From positions 300,001 to 332,000 of the forward strand of contig NZ_AP024987.1 of assembly GCF_020885515.1 (NCBI RefSeq): DNA of 32,000 bases, in the 5' to 3' direction. Made by a program: the position numbers and the translations under genes. Of this stretch, positions 17,734 to 27,915 are shown piece after piece (the first letter of the stretch is position 1; every line of letters starts with the position of its first letter). This stretch comes from a cyanobacterium endosymbiont of Braarudosphaera bigelowii. Its GTDB lineage: Bacteria; Cyanobacteriota; Cyanobacteriia; Cyanobacteriales; Microcystaceae. Below the pieces are notes generated by a model that was given only the letters and a program-made list of their open reading frames with translations, was not told where the DNA came from and searched no databases.

Positions 17734-19206
17734 ATGTGGTTATTAGTACTTATTTTAGGCACAATTACATACTATGTTATAAAACGAACAATTGCTCCTA
17801 TTACCAATACTTCTATATGGATTATCTGGTTGATAATGATGACGCCAGCTCTGATATGGACAGTTTGGTACGAAATAGCAGAAAAAGATAAGTCTATACC
17901 TATCTTACTAATTATCATACCTTTAGTCGTCTGCTTAATTTTATATTTATGGATTATTGGAGTAGGTAGAGTTAAGTTGTTACCAAAGCAAGAAACTGAG
18001 CATCAAGTTTTACTTCATGAAACCGAAAATAGTAAAAACGGTACTCAGATAATACGTCCTATTACAGCTGCTGAGGAAAAATCTTTAAGAGAGTGCTTTT
18101 CCTGGAGAATATATCATTTACAAGATGTAAATTATCGTCCTCAAACTATTTTGTGTCATGGAAAATTAAAAGCCCTTCCAGAAAAAGCCTATAACTCTAT
18201 CAAAAGTAATATTGAAAAAGTATTTGGTAATCGTTTTTTAATACTGTTTCAAGAAGGTTTAAAAGGGAATCACTTTTTTGCTTTAGTCCCTAATCCTCAT
18301 TTTAAAAAGGAAATAGAGAAACCTTTAAAAAAGCCGTTATTAGCTTTTGGTTTGCTATTACTTACCCTACTAACAACTACAATGGTTGGAACATTTCAAA
18401 TAATAGGTACTGAACAAGAGCTTATAGAAAATAATTTTGCTATATTTCTTGAAGGATTACCTTATAGTCTAGGCTTAATATCTATTTTGGGAGTTCATGA
18501 GTTTAGTCATTACCTAACAACTGTTCGCTATAAAGTTGCTGCGACTTTTCCTTATTTTATCCCTATTCCCTTTTTCCTTGGCACTTTTGGAGCATTTATT
18601 CAGATAAAATCTCCTATACCGCACCGTAAAGCTTTGTTTGATATAGCTATTACTGGTCCTTTGGGAGGATTTTTAGTTACCTTACCATTATTAATATGGG
18701 GTATATCATTGTCAGATGTTGTTCCATTACCGATAGAAGAAAATGTTTCTCTGCTAAATACACAAGCGTTAGACCCAAGATTTTCTATATTATTTACTAT
18801 ATTGGTTAAATCAGTTTTAGGCAGTCATTTTATAGCAGGAAAAGTTATTTCTCTTAATCCTCTAGCTGTAGCAGGATATGTCGGACTTATTGTAACAGCA
18901 CTGAATTTAATTCCTGTAGGACAATTAGATGGTGGTCATATTGTTCATGCTATGTTTGGACAAAAAATTGCTATTATGGTTGGTCAATTAACTAGAATCT
19001 TAATGTTAATTCTAGCTATGAATAGACCAGAATTTTTAATTTGGGCAATCTTATTATTTTTAATGCCTATTTTTGATCAACCAGCTTTAAATGATGTTAC
19101 TGAATTAGATAACACAAGAGATTTTCTTGGTTTATGTACTCTAACATTATTACTATTAATCTTATTACCAGTCCCTAGCTTTTTAGTTAATTGGTTACAA
19201 GTTTAA
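17734..19206 (+). CDS. M50 family site-2 zinc metalloprotease (EGY/S2P-like)
   Basis: The HEFSHY (HExxH) motif lies in a TM helix and NLIPVGQLDGGH (the LDG motif) is present. Polytopic, 490 aa. Confidence 0.85.
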   Translation: MWLLVLILGTITYYVIKRTIAPITNTSIWIIWLIMMTPALIWTVWYEIAEKDKSIPILLIIIPLVVCLILYLWIIGVGRVKLLPKQETEHQVLLHETENSKNGTQIIRPITAAEEKSLRECFSWRIYHLQDVNYRPQTILCHGKLKALPEKAYNSIKSNIEKVFGNRFLILFQEGLKGNHFFALVPNPHFKKEIEKPLKKPLLAFGLLLLTLLTTTMVGTFQIIGTEQELIENNFAIFLEGLPYSLGLISILGVHEFSHYLTTVRYKVAATFPYFIPIPFFLGTFGAFIQIKSPIPHRKALFDIAITGPLGGFLVTLPLLIWGISLSDVVPLPIEENVSLLNTQALDPRFSILFTILVKSVLGSHFIAGKVISLNPLAVAGYVGLIVTALNLIPVGQLDGGHIVHAMFGQKIAIMVGQLTRILMLILAMNRPEFLIWAILLFLMPIFDQPALNDVTELDNTRDFLGLCTLTLLLLILLPVPSFLVNWLQV

Positions 19207-19441
19207 TTTTAATAACATAAAAAACTATTAGATAACTTTATCAAAAGAACAAGTTACATATCTAATTCTGCTTCACTTGCCTACGCAATTTAATTAATAT
19301 TAAGGGGAAAAAGTACAACAACGTAAAACAAGTCAATAATATCTATAAGATACTATTGACTTAGTGACTAAGATTGAAAACAATTTTTTATTTATATAAA
19401 GTTCTTATGCATCTATAATAAAAATTATATTCCATCCTAAA

Positions 19442-19483
19442 TTTATAAACTAGTAATATAAATCAATATTATTAGTTTATAAA
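19442..19483. terminator. 18-bp hairpin (17/18 paired) between the convergent M50 and clpB genes
   Basis: TTTATAAACTAGTAATAT aaatca ATATTATTAGTTTATAAA. The arms carry T/A runs at their outer ends. The terminator role is inferred from position only. Confidence 0.35.
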
Positions 19484-19770
19484 AAATACTAGTTTAGTTA
19501 AGTTAAAAAATATACGATGCAACTGTTTACATCTTACTATTTCCCTATAAATATTTACTAACCATCTCAATAATGATGCAAATTATTTAATAATAATAAA
19601 CTAGTCTTAAGTATATGACTGCTTTGTTTGAAATTTTTTAGAATCAATAATGATATTGTAATATTTAGATAAAACATCATTTTTAAAACTAGTTTGCAGA
19701 AAATATCTTTGCTATTTGTCAGGTTACTAATTACTTTTTATAAACTATTTTTCAAGAATTGATGAAGTAA

Positions 19771-22374
19771 TTAATTCTTGAACACCCTTTTTGTAAAATT
19801 TAATACTTCATTTTTAGTATCTACGATAATTGTATCTTCTGCTACGAACTCTCCTTTAAGAAGTAACTTAGCAATAGGAGTTTCCACGTATCTTTGAATC
19901 GCTCTTTTTAAAGGCCTAGCTCCATAAATAGGATCGTATCCGATATTGGCAATAAAATCTAAGGCAGACTCTGATAGTTCGATATGTATTTTTTGTTCTT
20001 CTAGACGATTGCTTAATAGCTGAGTTTGTAATTTAACAATTTCCCTTAATTGAGATTTTTGTAATCCATGGAAAATTATTATTTCATCGATGCGGTTGAG
20101 AAATTCAGGACGAAAATTATTTTGTACAGTTTTAATAACACGTGAATACATTTCACTATAACGAGAATCATCATCCACAACATCTAAGATATATTGTGAT
20201 CCTATATTACTAGTCATAATAATAATGGTATTCTTAAAGTTAATAGTGCGCCCCTGAGAATCAGTTAACCTACCATCGTCAAGAATTTGTAACATAATAT
20301 TAAAGATATCAGCATGGGCTTTTTCTATCTCGTCAAAAAGAATTACTGCATATGGATGACGACGAATAGCTTCACTTAGTTGTCCTCCCTCATCATATCC
20401 AACATATCCTGGAGGTGCTCCAATTAAGCGAGATATACTATGTCTTTCCATATATTCAGACATATCAATTCGTACTATTGACTCTTCAGTATCAAATAAG
20501 CTCTTTGCAAGTGCTCTAGCTAATTCAGTTTTTCCAACTCCAGTAGGTCCAAGAAAAAGGAAACTGGCAATAGGACGTTCTGGATCAGCAAGGCCAGCTC
20601 TTGATCTCTGTATAGAGTCCGCAACAGCAGTCACAGCTTCTTCTTGTCCAACTACTCTTTTATGGAGATCGTTTTCTAAATTTAGTAATTTTTCCTTTTC
20701 CGACTGTACTAATTTATGAAGAGGAATTCCTGTCCACCGGGATATAATTTCAGCAATATCTGATGAGACTACTTCTTCTCTAAGTAAGATTTTATCTTGA
20801 TGATTTATAGTCTTACTTTCTAAATCTTTTATCTGCTCCTGTAACTTTGATAATTTTCCATATCGTAATTCAGCAGCTTTGTTAAGATCATAATCTCGTT
20901 CAGATTGTTGGATTTCCAAGTTAACTTGATCAATAGTTTTTTTTAATTGTAGTATCTCATCAATCAACGTCTTTTCTGTCTGCCACCGTAAATTAAGATT
21001 AAATTGTTCTTGTTTCAAAGCAGAAAGTTCTTCTTCCAAAATTTTTAATCGCTCACAGGATAACTGATCTTGCTCTTTATCTAAAGAAAGACGTTCCATT
21101 TCTAGTTGAAGAATTTTACGATCAATTTCATCTAACTCTTCTGGCTTAGAAGTAATTTCTATTTTAAGTTTAGCAGCAGACTCATCTATTAAATCGATAG
21201 CCTTATCAGGTAAAAAACGATCACTAATATAACGATCAGATAATATTGCAGCAGCTACCAATGCTGTATCGGCTATTTTTACTCCGTGATGAACTTCATA
21301 GCGTTCTTTTAGTCCACGTAGAATTGAGATTGTATCAATTACATTAGGTTCATTGACGATGACTGATTGAAAACGTCGTTCTAAAGCAGCGTCTTTTTCA
21401 ATATACTTTCTATACTCATCAAGTGTTGTTGCTCCAATACAATGTAATTCACCTCTTGCCAACATAGGTTTAAGTAAATTACCAGCATCCATTGCTCCCT
21501 GACTAGCACCTGCTCCAACTACAGTATGTATTTCATCAACAAATAAAATAATATTTCCTTCGGAATCAGTAACTTCTTTTAAAACCGCTTTCAATCTTTC
21601 TTCAAACTCTCCTCGATATTTTGCGCCTGCAATTAAAGAACCCATATCTAAAACAATAAGTTTTCTATCTCGCAAAGATTCAGGAACATCTCTATTAATG
21701 ATTCTTTGAGCTAGTCCTTCAACAATTGCTGTTTTTCCAACTCCAGGTTCTCCAATTAAAACAGGATTATTTTTAGTTCTGCGAGATAGAATCTGAATAG
21801 TACGACGAATTTCATCGTCTCTTCCTATAACTGGATCAAGTTTTCCTTTTTCAGCTAATTCTGTTAAATCTCTTCCATATTTTACTAATGATTCATACTT
21901 GATTTCTGGATTTTGGTCAACCACTTTTTCCTTACCTCTAATTTCTTTAATAACTTTTTCTAACCGTTCTTGAGATAGATTTATTTCCTTAAATAGATCT
22001 ATTCCAAAGCGATGATCATAACCATATGCTAGAAGTATATGTTCTATAGAAATATAATGATCCTGGAATTCTTTGCGAAATTTTTCACTTTTATCAAAAA
22101 GTTTATCCAAGCTATATCCAAGATAAACAGACTCTATAGAGTTAGATATTTTAGGTTGATTAATAATAAAATTTTCGGTGAAATCTTGTACTTTGTTTAT
22201 ATCAACATTTGCTTTACGAAATATTCTTATAGATAACTCATCTCCTTTCATAAGAAATTTCATTAAATGCTCACTTTCAATTTGTTGATGTTTATTTTCT
22301 TTTGCAATTTTAGGAGTTTCAACAATTGCTTCCCATACTTTTCTTGTGAATTTGTTAGGATCTGTAGGTTGCAT
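19771..22374 (-). CDS. clpB: ATP-dependent chaperone ClpB (Hsp100 disaggregase)
   Basis: 867 aa. Clp N domain, two AAA+ modules (GEPGVGKT and GPTGVGKT Walker A; DEIH and FDEIEKAH Walker B), and a long middle coiled coil. Confidence 0.95.
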   Translation of the reverse strand: MQPTDPNKFTRKVWEAIVETPKIAKENKHQQIESEHLMKFLMKGDELSIRIFRKANVDINKVQDFTENFIINQPKISNSIESVYLGYSLDKLFDKSEKFRKEFQDHYISIEHILLAYGYDHRFGIDLFKEINLSQERLEKVIKEIRGKEKVVDQNPEIKYESLVKYGRDLTELAEKGKLDPVIGRDDEIRRTIQILSRRTKNNPVLIGEPGVGKTAIVEGLAQRIINRDVPESLRDRKLIVLDMGSLIAGAKYRGEFEERLKAVLKEVTDSEGNIILFVDEIHTVVGAGASQGAMDAGNLLKPMLARGELHCIGATTLDEYRKYIEKDAALERRFQSVIVNEPNVIDTISILRGLKERYEVHHGVKIADTALVAAAILSDRYISDRFLPDKAIDLIDESAAKLKIEITSKPEELDEIDRKILQLEMERLSLDKEQDQLSCERLKILEEELSALKQEQFNLNLRWQTEKTLIDEILQLKKTIDQVNLEIQQSERDYDLNKAAELRYGKLSKLQEQIKDLESKTINHQDKILLREEVVSSDIAEIISRWTGIPLHKLVQSEKEKLLNLENDLHKRVVGQEEAVTAVADSIQRSRAGLADPERPIASFLFLGPTGVGKTELARALAKSLFDTEESIVRIDMSEYMERHSISRLIGAPPGYVGYDEGGQLSEAIRRHPYAVILFDEIEKAHADIFNIMLQILDDGRLTDSQGRTINFKNTIIIMTSNIGSQYILDVVDDDSRYSEMYSRVIKTVQNNFRPEFLNRIDEIIIFHGLQKSQLREIVKLQTQLLSNRLEEQKIHIELSESALDFIANIGYDPIYGARPLKRAIQRYVETPIAKLLLKGEFVAEDTIIVDTKNEVLNFTKRVFKN

Positions 22375-22661
22375 TTTTCAAAATATATTAACTAACTCAT
22401 ATTTTTTATAATATCTTAGTTTAAAAAATAGCAAAGGACGGATTTCCTCACTACCTAGAGTTTATTTATTAATATATCAAGTATGAAAAAAGAATGTAAG
22501 TGTATGTAGCTAAATATCATATATATTAAAAATTATGTTTTTCTATATCCATTTTTTATCATAGTTGGAAAAATATTTTATTATATGTATTATCTATATT
22601 TGGTGCTCCTTGAAGTATTGTTAAACAACACTATCCATGAAAAACAATTAATTTTATCAGC

Positions 22662-22710
22662 TTAAGATTTCGATAATCTATTAATATCTTATAGATTATC
22701 GAAATCTTAA
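22662..22710. repeat. Perfect 20-bp inverted repeat (hairpin, 9-nt loop) in the clpB/sigma divergent spacer
   Basis: TTAAGATTTCGATAATCTAT (22662-22681) / ATAGATTATCGAAATCTTAA (22691-22710). Confidence 0.9.
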
Positions 22711-23466
22711 TAAAAGTCATAAGTTCTCGGTTGATATTTACTAATCAAGTAAGTCAATATTAATAATATATAGTTTATATTTTATTAATATTTTTAACAG
22801 AACTAGTTTATTCTTAGTAAGTATTCTCGAAAAAACATTCCATAACTAATATAAATATTCAATAAAGAATATTTTGCAAAAGCTTATTTAACTAACAATA
22901 TTAACGATAATTACTTAAAATAGGTTTGACATATTTTTTCATTACTATGAGTGGTAGTGACGTAATAAAAATTTTAATTATAGTTAAAAGTTTACTTAAA
23001 TTAAATATATTAATTTACCAAAAACACTACTTAATAAGTGTAAGCCTTAAAGGTATTAAATTCATTTATAGTTTTATTAGATTAAGAATCATCTGTAGAA
23101 GTATTAGATATCAAATTATTATACTTTTTAGTAATTATTTCTATTATCTTGAAACAATCAATGTACATTTATGGTCAATTATAGAAATAATTACAAAGTT
23201 CACAAAATCATGTAGTATTGTTAAGGAAGTAAAACAGAACAACTAGGAACTTTTATCTAGAGCATACATTAAGTTTCTTGTAACATAAATCTTCAAAGTT
23301 CCTAACTTCAATGGAAGCGCTGAGGCTTAATATCAAGATCTCGATAAAACAATAACTATAGCTAATATTTCACTATCGTAAATCTTACTCTATATACCAT
23401 TATTAATTACTCTTCATTTCGTGATACCATCCCCGAATTAAACTACTACTACGCAAAAATCGTATT

Positions 23467-24423
23467 ATGAAACTAACTAAAAGTAATCTGGATCCTGTTC
23501 GTTCATATCTAAGAGAAATTGGTCGTGTTCCTTTATTGACTCATGAAGAAGAAATTCTTTATGCAAAACGTGTACAAAGATTTGTAGATTTAGAGAAATA
23601 CCGCGAACTTTTTACTAAAGAAACAGGAAAAGAGCCAACAGAAACTCAATGGGCTCAAGCAGCAAAAATATCAAGAAGAGAATTGCACTCTGCAATAGCC
23701 TCAGGAGAAGCTGCTAAACGTAAAATGGTTGAAGCTAATCTTCGCTTGGTTGTATCTGTTGCTAAAAAATATCTGAAGCGTAATTTAGATCTATTAGACC
23801 TTATTCAAGAAGGGACTATTGGTATGCAAAGAGGAGTAGAAAAGTTTGACCCTACGAAAGGGTATCGTTTTTCTACTTATGCTTATTGGTGGATTCGTCA
23901 AGCCATCACTCGTGCAATTGCTGAAAAAAGTCGTACAATACGTCTTCCTATACATATAACTGAAAAACTTAATAAAATTAAAAAAGCACAACGAGAACTC
24001 TCACAAGCAAGAGGGAGAGATGCCACTATTGCTGAGTTGGCTGATGAATTGGATCTTACTCCTAAACAAGTTAGAGAATATTTAGAGAGAGCTCGTCAGC
24101 CATTATCTTTAGATTTAAGGGTAGGAGATAATCAGGATACAGAACTAGGAGATCTTTTGGAAGATGATGGGCCTTCACCTGAAGATTTCGCTACTCATTC
24201 TTCCTTACAATTTGATTTAGAGATGTTGATGGAAGATCTAACAACTCAGCAAAAAGAAGTCATAGCTTTAAGATTTGGATTAACTGATGGACAACCTTTG
24301 ACACTAGCTAAAATTGGTTGTCGCCTTAACATTAGTCGTGAAAGAGTTAGGCAAATTGAGAGAGAAGCGCTTTCTAAACTTAGAAAGCGTAAAGCCAACA
24401 TTCAGGAATACTTAGCTAGTTAA
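23467..24423 (+). CDS. RpoD-family group 2 sigma factor
   Basis: Region 1.2 ([16 protein letters not shown]), region 2 ([37 protein letters not shown]), region 3 ([16 protein letters not shown]) and a region 4 HTH ([16 protein letters not shown]). At 318 aa it lacks the region 1.1 extension. Confidence 0.9.
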   Translation: MKLTKSNLDPVRSYLREIGRVPLLTHEEEILYAKRVQRFVDLEKYRELFTKETGKEPTETQWAQAAKISRRELHSAIASGEAAKRKMVEANLRLVVSVAKKYLKRNLDLLDLIQEGTIGMQRGVEKFDPTKGYRFSTYAYWWIRQAITRAIAEKSRTIRLPIHITEKLNKIKKAQRELSQARGRDATIAELADELDLTPKQVREYLERARQPLSLDLRVGDNQDTELGDLLEDDGPSPEDFATHSSLQFDLEMLMEDLTTQQKEVIALRFGLTDGQPLTLAKIGCRLNISRERVRQIEREALSKLRKRKANIQEYLAS

Positions 24424-24456
24424 ACTAGAAAAATATTTTTGAGTAGAGTATAAAAA

Positions 24457-24491
24457 TTACGGTTTTACTATCTTAGTTTTACGGTTTTACT
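24457..24491 (+). repeat. 13-bp exact direct repeat, 22-bp period, between the sigma gene and the DUF760-like gene
   Basis: TTACGGTTTTACT occurs at 24457-24469 and again at 24479-24491. It lies 34 bp after the sigma stop and 90 bp before the ATG at 24581. Confidence 0.8.
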
Positions 24492-24580
24492 TATTCAGAT
24501 ATATTCAAAAACTTGTTATTCTAAGATGGAGTAAGATTTATAATATAAAGTGTTGCTCTAGAGTCAATGTGAGGTAAACA

Positions 24581-24925
24581 ATGAGTAAAGAATTAGGTCG
24601 TTCTCAAAATTTTTTTAGTAGCGAAAATGGAGCAGGAGATGCGTTATGGGAATATGTTCAATCTCTTAGTTCAGAGACTATTTCTCAATTGTCTAAACCT
24701 GATTCTATCGAGGTTTTTCAGGTAATGGAACAAAACATTATTGGTTTATTAGGTAGTCTTCCTTCTGAACATTTTAATGTAACCATTAGCACAAACAGAG
24801 ATCACTTAGGAAAGTTACTAGCTTCAGCAATGATGAGTGGTTATTTTCTACGAAATGCAGAACAAAGACTAAATTTTGAACAATCTTTGCAAGCGATTGA
24901 TAATAATTTACAAGATGATAAATAA
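24581..24925 (+). CDS. DUF760-like small protein (family conserved in cyanobacteria and plastids)
   Basis: 114 aa. The pattern LWEYVQSL...VMEQNIIGLLG...LLASAMMSGYFLRNAEQRL matches my recollection of DUF760. GAGG Shine-Dalgarno 8 nt upstream. Confidence 0.65.
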   Translation: MSKELGRSQNFFSSENGAGDALWEYVQSLSSETISQLSKPDSIEVFQVMEQNIIGLLGSLPSEHFNVTISTNRDHLGKLLASAMMSGYFLRNAEQRLNFEQSLQAIDNNLQDDK

Positions 24926-24940
24926 TCTTATACTTAATTC

Positions 24941-24989
24941 TAGAAAACTTTAAGCGATGAAAACTTGCTTTTAAAAGCATAGTTTTCTA
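24941..24989 (+). terminator. Nested hairpin after the DUF760-like gene (candidate terminator)
   Basis: Outer stem TAGAAAACT/AGTTTTCTA (24941-49/24981-89). Inner palindrome TGCTTTTAAAAGCA (24966-79). Begins 16 nt after the stop codon. Confidence 0.4.
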
Positions 24990-25365
24990 TAATTTCTAAC
25001 ATATAGATAAAGATAAACTTTTTTATAATGATTTAATTATATTGGATTAGCTGTTTTAAAATAACTAATTTGTGCTTAAAATGTTCTTGATTTGGTAATT
25101 TAGGACAATAGCCATTTATAGAATAAAAGCAATATTAATATAATATATATTTAATATAACTGTAGCTATTGATCAGCCTTAGCTATATTATTAATACATC
25201 CAGATAATTGGTAAACGACAGACTTTTCAAAAAAATAAATATCAAAATTCTCATATACAAAATTAGTTTTATAGATAAACCATGTTTACCTCAGTATGTT
25301 AATTAACTATGAGCAAATTTTAGGAATATTTAATACAATCAAGCTTTACAGTAATTAATTATTAT

Positions 25366-26082
25366 ATGAATGATTCTAATTGGGTAGATAGCGATGAATC
25401 AATTCATCATTTTTCATCACAGCCTTCTAACTCTAAAAATTTATATTCACAACCTAAATCTCCTAAGTTTCAACAGACACTGGCTATGGTAGAGACTGCT
25501 TTTTTAGCGAGTACAAGTAGTTTGATTTGGTTAATTAATACTTACTTTCCTTTAGGCATAATATTGCGACTTTTTTTTCCTATCCCTATTGCAATTTTAT
25601 GTCTAAGGTGGGGAAGCCGCTCAGCTTTTATGGGATGGTTAGTATCTGGGCTGTTATTAACAGTTTTAATGGGCCCTATTCAAAGTATCCTTTTCATAAC
25701 TAATTATGGATTAATAGGCATACAATTAGGAGCATTTTGGCGCAAAAATATTAGCTGGGAGTGGTCAATATTTATAGGTGCTATAATCTCTATTTTTAGT
25801 TTTTTCTTCAAATTCTGGTTATTTTCAATCTTAACAGGAGAAGATTTGTGGCAATATTCTATTAATCAGATGACTAGTGTTGCTGAATGGTTATTTTTAA
25901 AGTTTGGAACTTTGATACAACCAAGTTTTTTATTAGTTCAATTCTTTACATGTCTATTAATATTTATCAATAGTATTATCTACTTATTTGCTGTACACAT
26001 AATAGCGTCAATGGTACTAGATAAATTAGGTAGTCCCATTACACGTCCGCCCAAATGGGTGCAGATAATCCTAGATTATTAA
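25366..26082 (+). CDS. Polytopic membrane protein, DUF2232-like
   Basis: 238 aa. Hydrophilic N-terminal ~40 aa followed by about 6 TM helices. The family assignment is from memory of the pattern and is tentative. Confidence 0.55.
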   Translation: MNDSNWVDSDESIHHFSSQPSNSKNLYSQPKSPKFQQTLAMVETAFLASTSSLIWLINTYFPLGIILRLFFPIPIAILCLRWGSRSAFMGWLVSGLLLTVLMGPIQSILFITNYGLIGIQLGAFWRKNISWEWSIFIGAIISIFSFFFKFWLFSILTGEDLWQYSINQMTSVAEWLFLKFGTLIQPSFLLVQFFTCLLIFINSIIYLFAVHIIASMVLDKLGSPITRPPKWVQIILDY

Positions 26083-26159
26083 TGTATTACATCTAATAAT
26101 CTAGATTAATATGCTAATTTTTTTAGTATAGAATATTTTCCTAGGCACTTATAAATACT

Positions 26160-27425
26160 TTAAAATCCAATGTTATCAGATTGTTCAACCACTCTTTTTT
26201 CTGTAGTATAAACTAACTTAGTATTGTTACTTTTAACTTGGCTTAAAAACTGGGTAACATAACACAACTTACTTTTTATAATTTCATTACTTTTACTCAA
26301 AATACGTAATCGTTCTCTTCTTTCCAAATTTCTTTTATTAATTCTAGTATTTCTCGATTGAATAACAAAATGGCGAACTAAAGGTAACCCTAGAAAAAAA
26401 GATGCATAGCTGAATAAGAACCAATAAGATGAATTTATAAAACCTATCAAACTATTAGATGCTGAAATAACAGATTGATCTTTTAATAGTGAACCTAATG
26501 TTAGAACTAGTATAAAATTAATTACTCCCAAGCTAATAACTAAAATTTTTTGATTACTACTTATATGAGTAAATTCATAAAGTTTTTCCTCAAAATTATT
26601 ATTAATATGTTTTTCAGGTAAATTTTTAATAAATGTCTGTAATTCAGGAAAGCTATATATTAACTCACCCTTTGGTGAAACAATTGGAACGCCAGCAAGT
26701 CTTTTAAGTACAGGTAAAATATAGTCTTCATTATATTCATTATATTTATTAATATTATCTAGATAAGGTGCTATCTGTTCTGCAATTATAACTCCTTCAT
26801 TATTATAAATAACTCTACCAATCATTTCCCAACGTATTTCTTCTAAATTAAAATTTGGATTTCCATCTCCGAAAAGAAAAGAGAAAACTGCTTCTAAAAA
26901 GGTAGTTTTTTTCAAGAATTTATCTTCATTAGATTTAGAGGAGGAGAACGAACTATAATTACCAGTAGGATAAAAAATCCAGAATAAATCACTAAAATTA
27001 GGTAATACAAAGAAATTCATTCCTCTATAGCCACTAGAGTACTGATCATTTTCTTCTTTATTAGAGTATAAACTTGTAAGAATAATAGTTATGGCAGCAA
27101 ATATTATTGCAATTGAAAAAATCAGAATAATCCCGAAAGAAATTCGGATTAAATAAAATAAAGTTATCCAAATCTTTTTCCAAATTTCATTTAATCTGAA
27201 TATCAAATTTTTATTTCTAAAAATAGTACGAAGATTCTGTGAGAAGATATAAACAATTTCTCCTGATTCAGTCACTTGCAAGTTGCCTAATGTATCTGAT
27301 GCTAAACTAAGCAACTCTTTTTGTACTACATAAGGGCTAATTCCAGAATATGCAGCTACATCTCCAACAGTGACACGATAGCCTAATTTTTCAACAGAAT
27401 CAATAATTTTTAATTGAAGAGCCAT
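26160..27425 (-). CDS. Conserved membrane protein with two wHTH-like soluble modules
   Basis: 421 aa. The N-terminal module ends in VTESGEIVYIF and the second module ends in VSPKGELIYSF. TM helices separate them and the C-terminal tail is basic. AAGGTGA Shine-Dalgarno upstream. Confidence 0.6.
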   Translation of the reverse strand: MALQLKIIDSVEKLGYRVTVGDVAAYSGISPYVVQKELLSLASDTLGNLQVTESGEIVYIFSQNLRTIFRNKNLIFRLNEIWKKIWITLFYLIRISFGIILIFSIAIIFAAITIILTSLYSNKEENDQYSSGYRGMNFFVLPNFSDLFWIFYPTGNYSSFSSSKSNEDKFLKKTTFLEAVFSFLFGDGNPNFNLEEIRWEMIGRVIYNNEGVIIAEQIAPYLDNINKYNEYNEDYILPVLKRLAGVPIVSPKGELIYSFPELQTFIKNLPEKHINNNFEEKLYEFTHISSNQKILVISLGVINFILVLTLGSLLKDQSVISASNSLIGFINSSYWFLFSYASFFLGLPLVRHFVIQSRNTRINKRNLERRERLRILSKSNEIIKSKLCYVTQFLSQVKSNNTKLVYTTEKRVVEQSDNIGF

Positions 27426-27915
27426 AGAACGATCACCTTCTTACAAATTCTATCTCCTGACTATTAGTTATATGATAAAGAAATTTTTATTTTTTGACTG
27501 TAAACTATAATCTTATTATATTACGTATAAGATTTATGTTATTAACTGTCAGTCATTATGTAAATATTCATTAAAAGAATATTTAAAACTTTTATAGCAT
27601 AGCTTTTTACTTTGTTATATATAGTTGATATATCAAAGTTAATGTGAGAGGTAAAGTATAAGAGTCTGATAAAATTTTTTATAATATGAAACAGTTAAGT
27701 AATAGTTTTCATCTTTTGATGTTTTTAATGACTTAATAAATGGTAATTTTAATAGTCCTGATAGTTATTGATCCTAAAATTTTCTACAGGAGGTTAATCT
27801 GAACTTTTTTCTATTATTAAACTAAAAGATGTAATCTTATAAAAATAATTTTATTAATTTAATAGTAATAATCACTATCAAATTAATATGTCCCTGATTT
27901 TTTAGGTCATTATTT

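Noticed and set aside
22039-22236. 65-aa plus-strand ORF
   Set aside because: It is antisense inside clpB and its translation is low-complexity.
22431-22460. Yfr1-like sRNA motif (GGATTTCCTCACTACC)
   Set aside because: Only CCTCAC matches the conserved ACUCCUCACAC core, and there are no flanking stem-loops.
22926-23246. 106-aa ORF in the clpB/sigma spacer (MTYFFITMSGSDVIKILIIVKSLLKLNILIY...)
   Set aside because: It has a TTG start and an extreme I/L/K/Y/F/N composition, as expected from translating ~80% A+T DNA. I see no Shine-Dalgarno sequence and no recognisable domain. I kept the region as a finding but not this CDS.
23794-24980. ORFs 23794-23991 (minus) and 24786-24980 (minus)
   Set aside because: They are antisense to the sigma factor gene and the DUF760-like gene respectively, with no supporting features.
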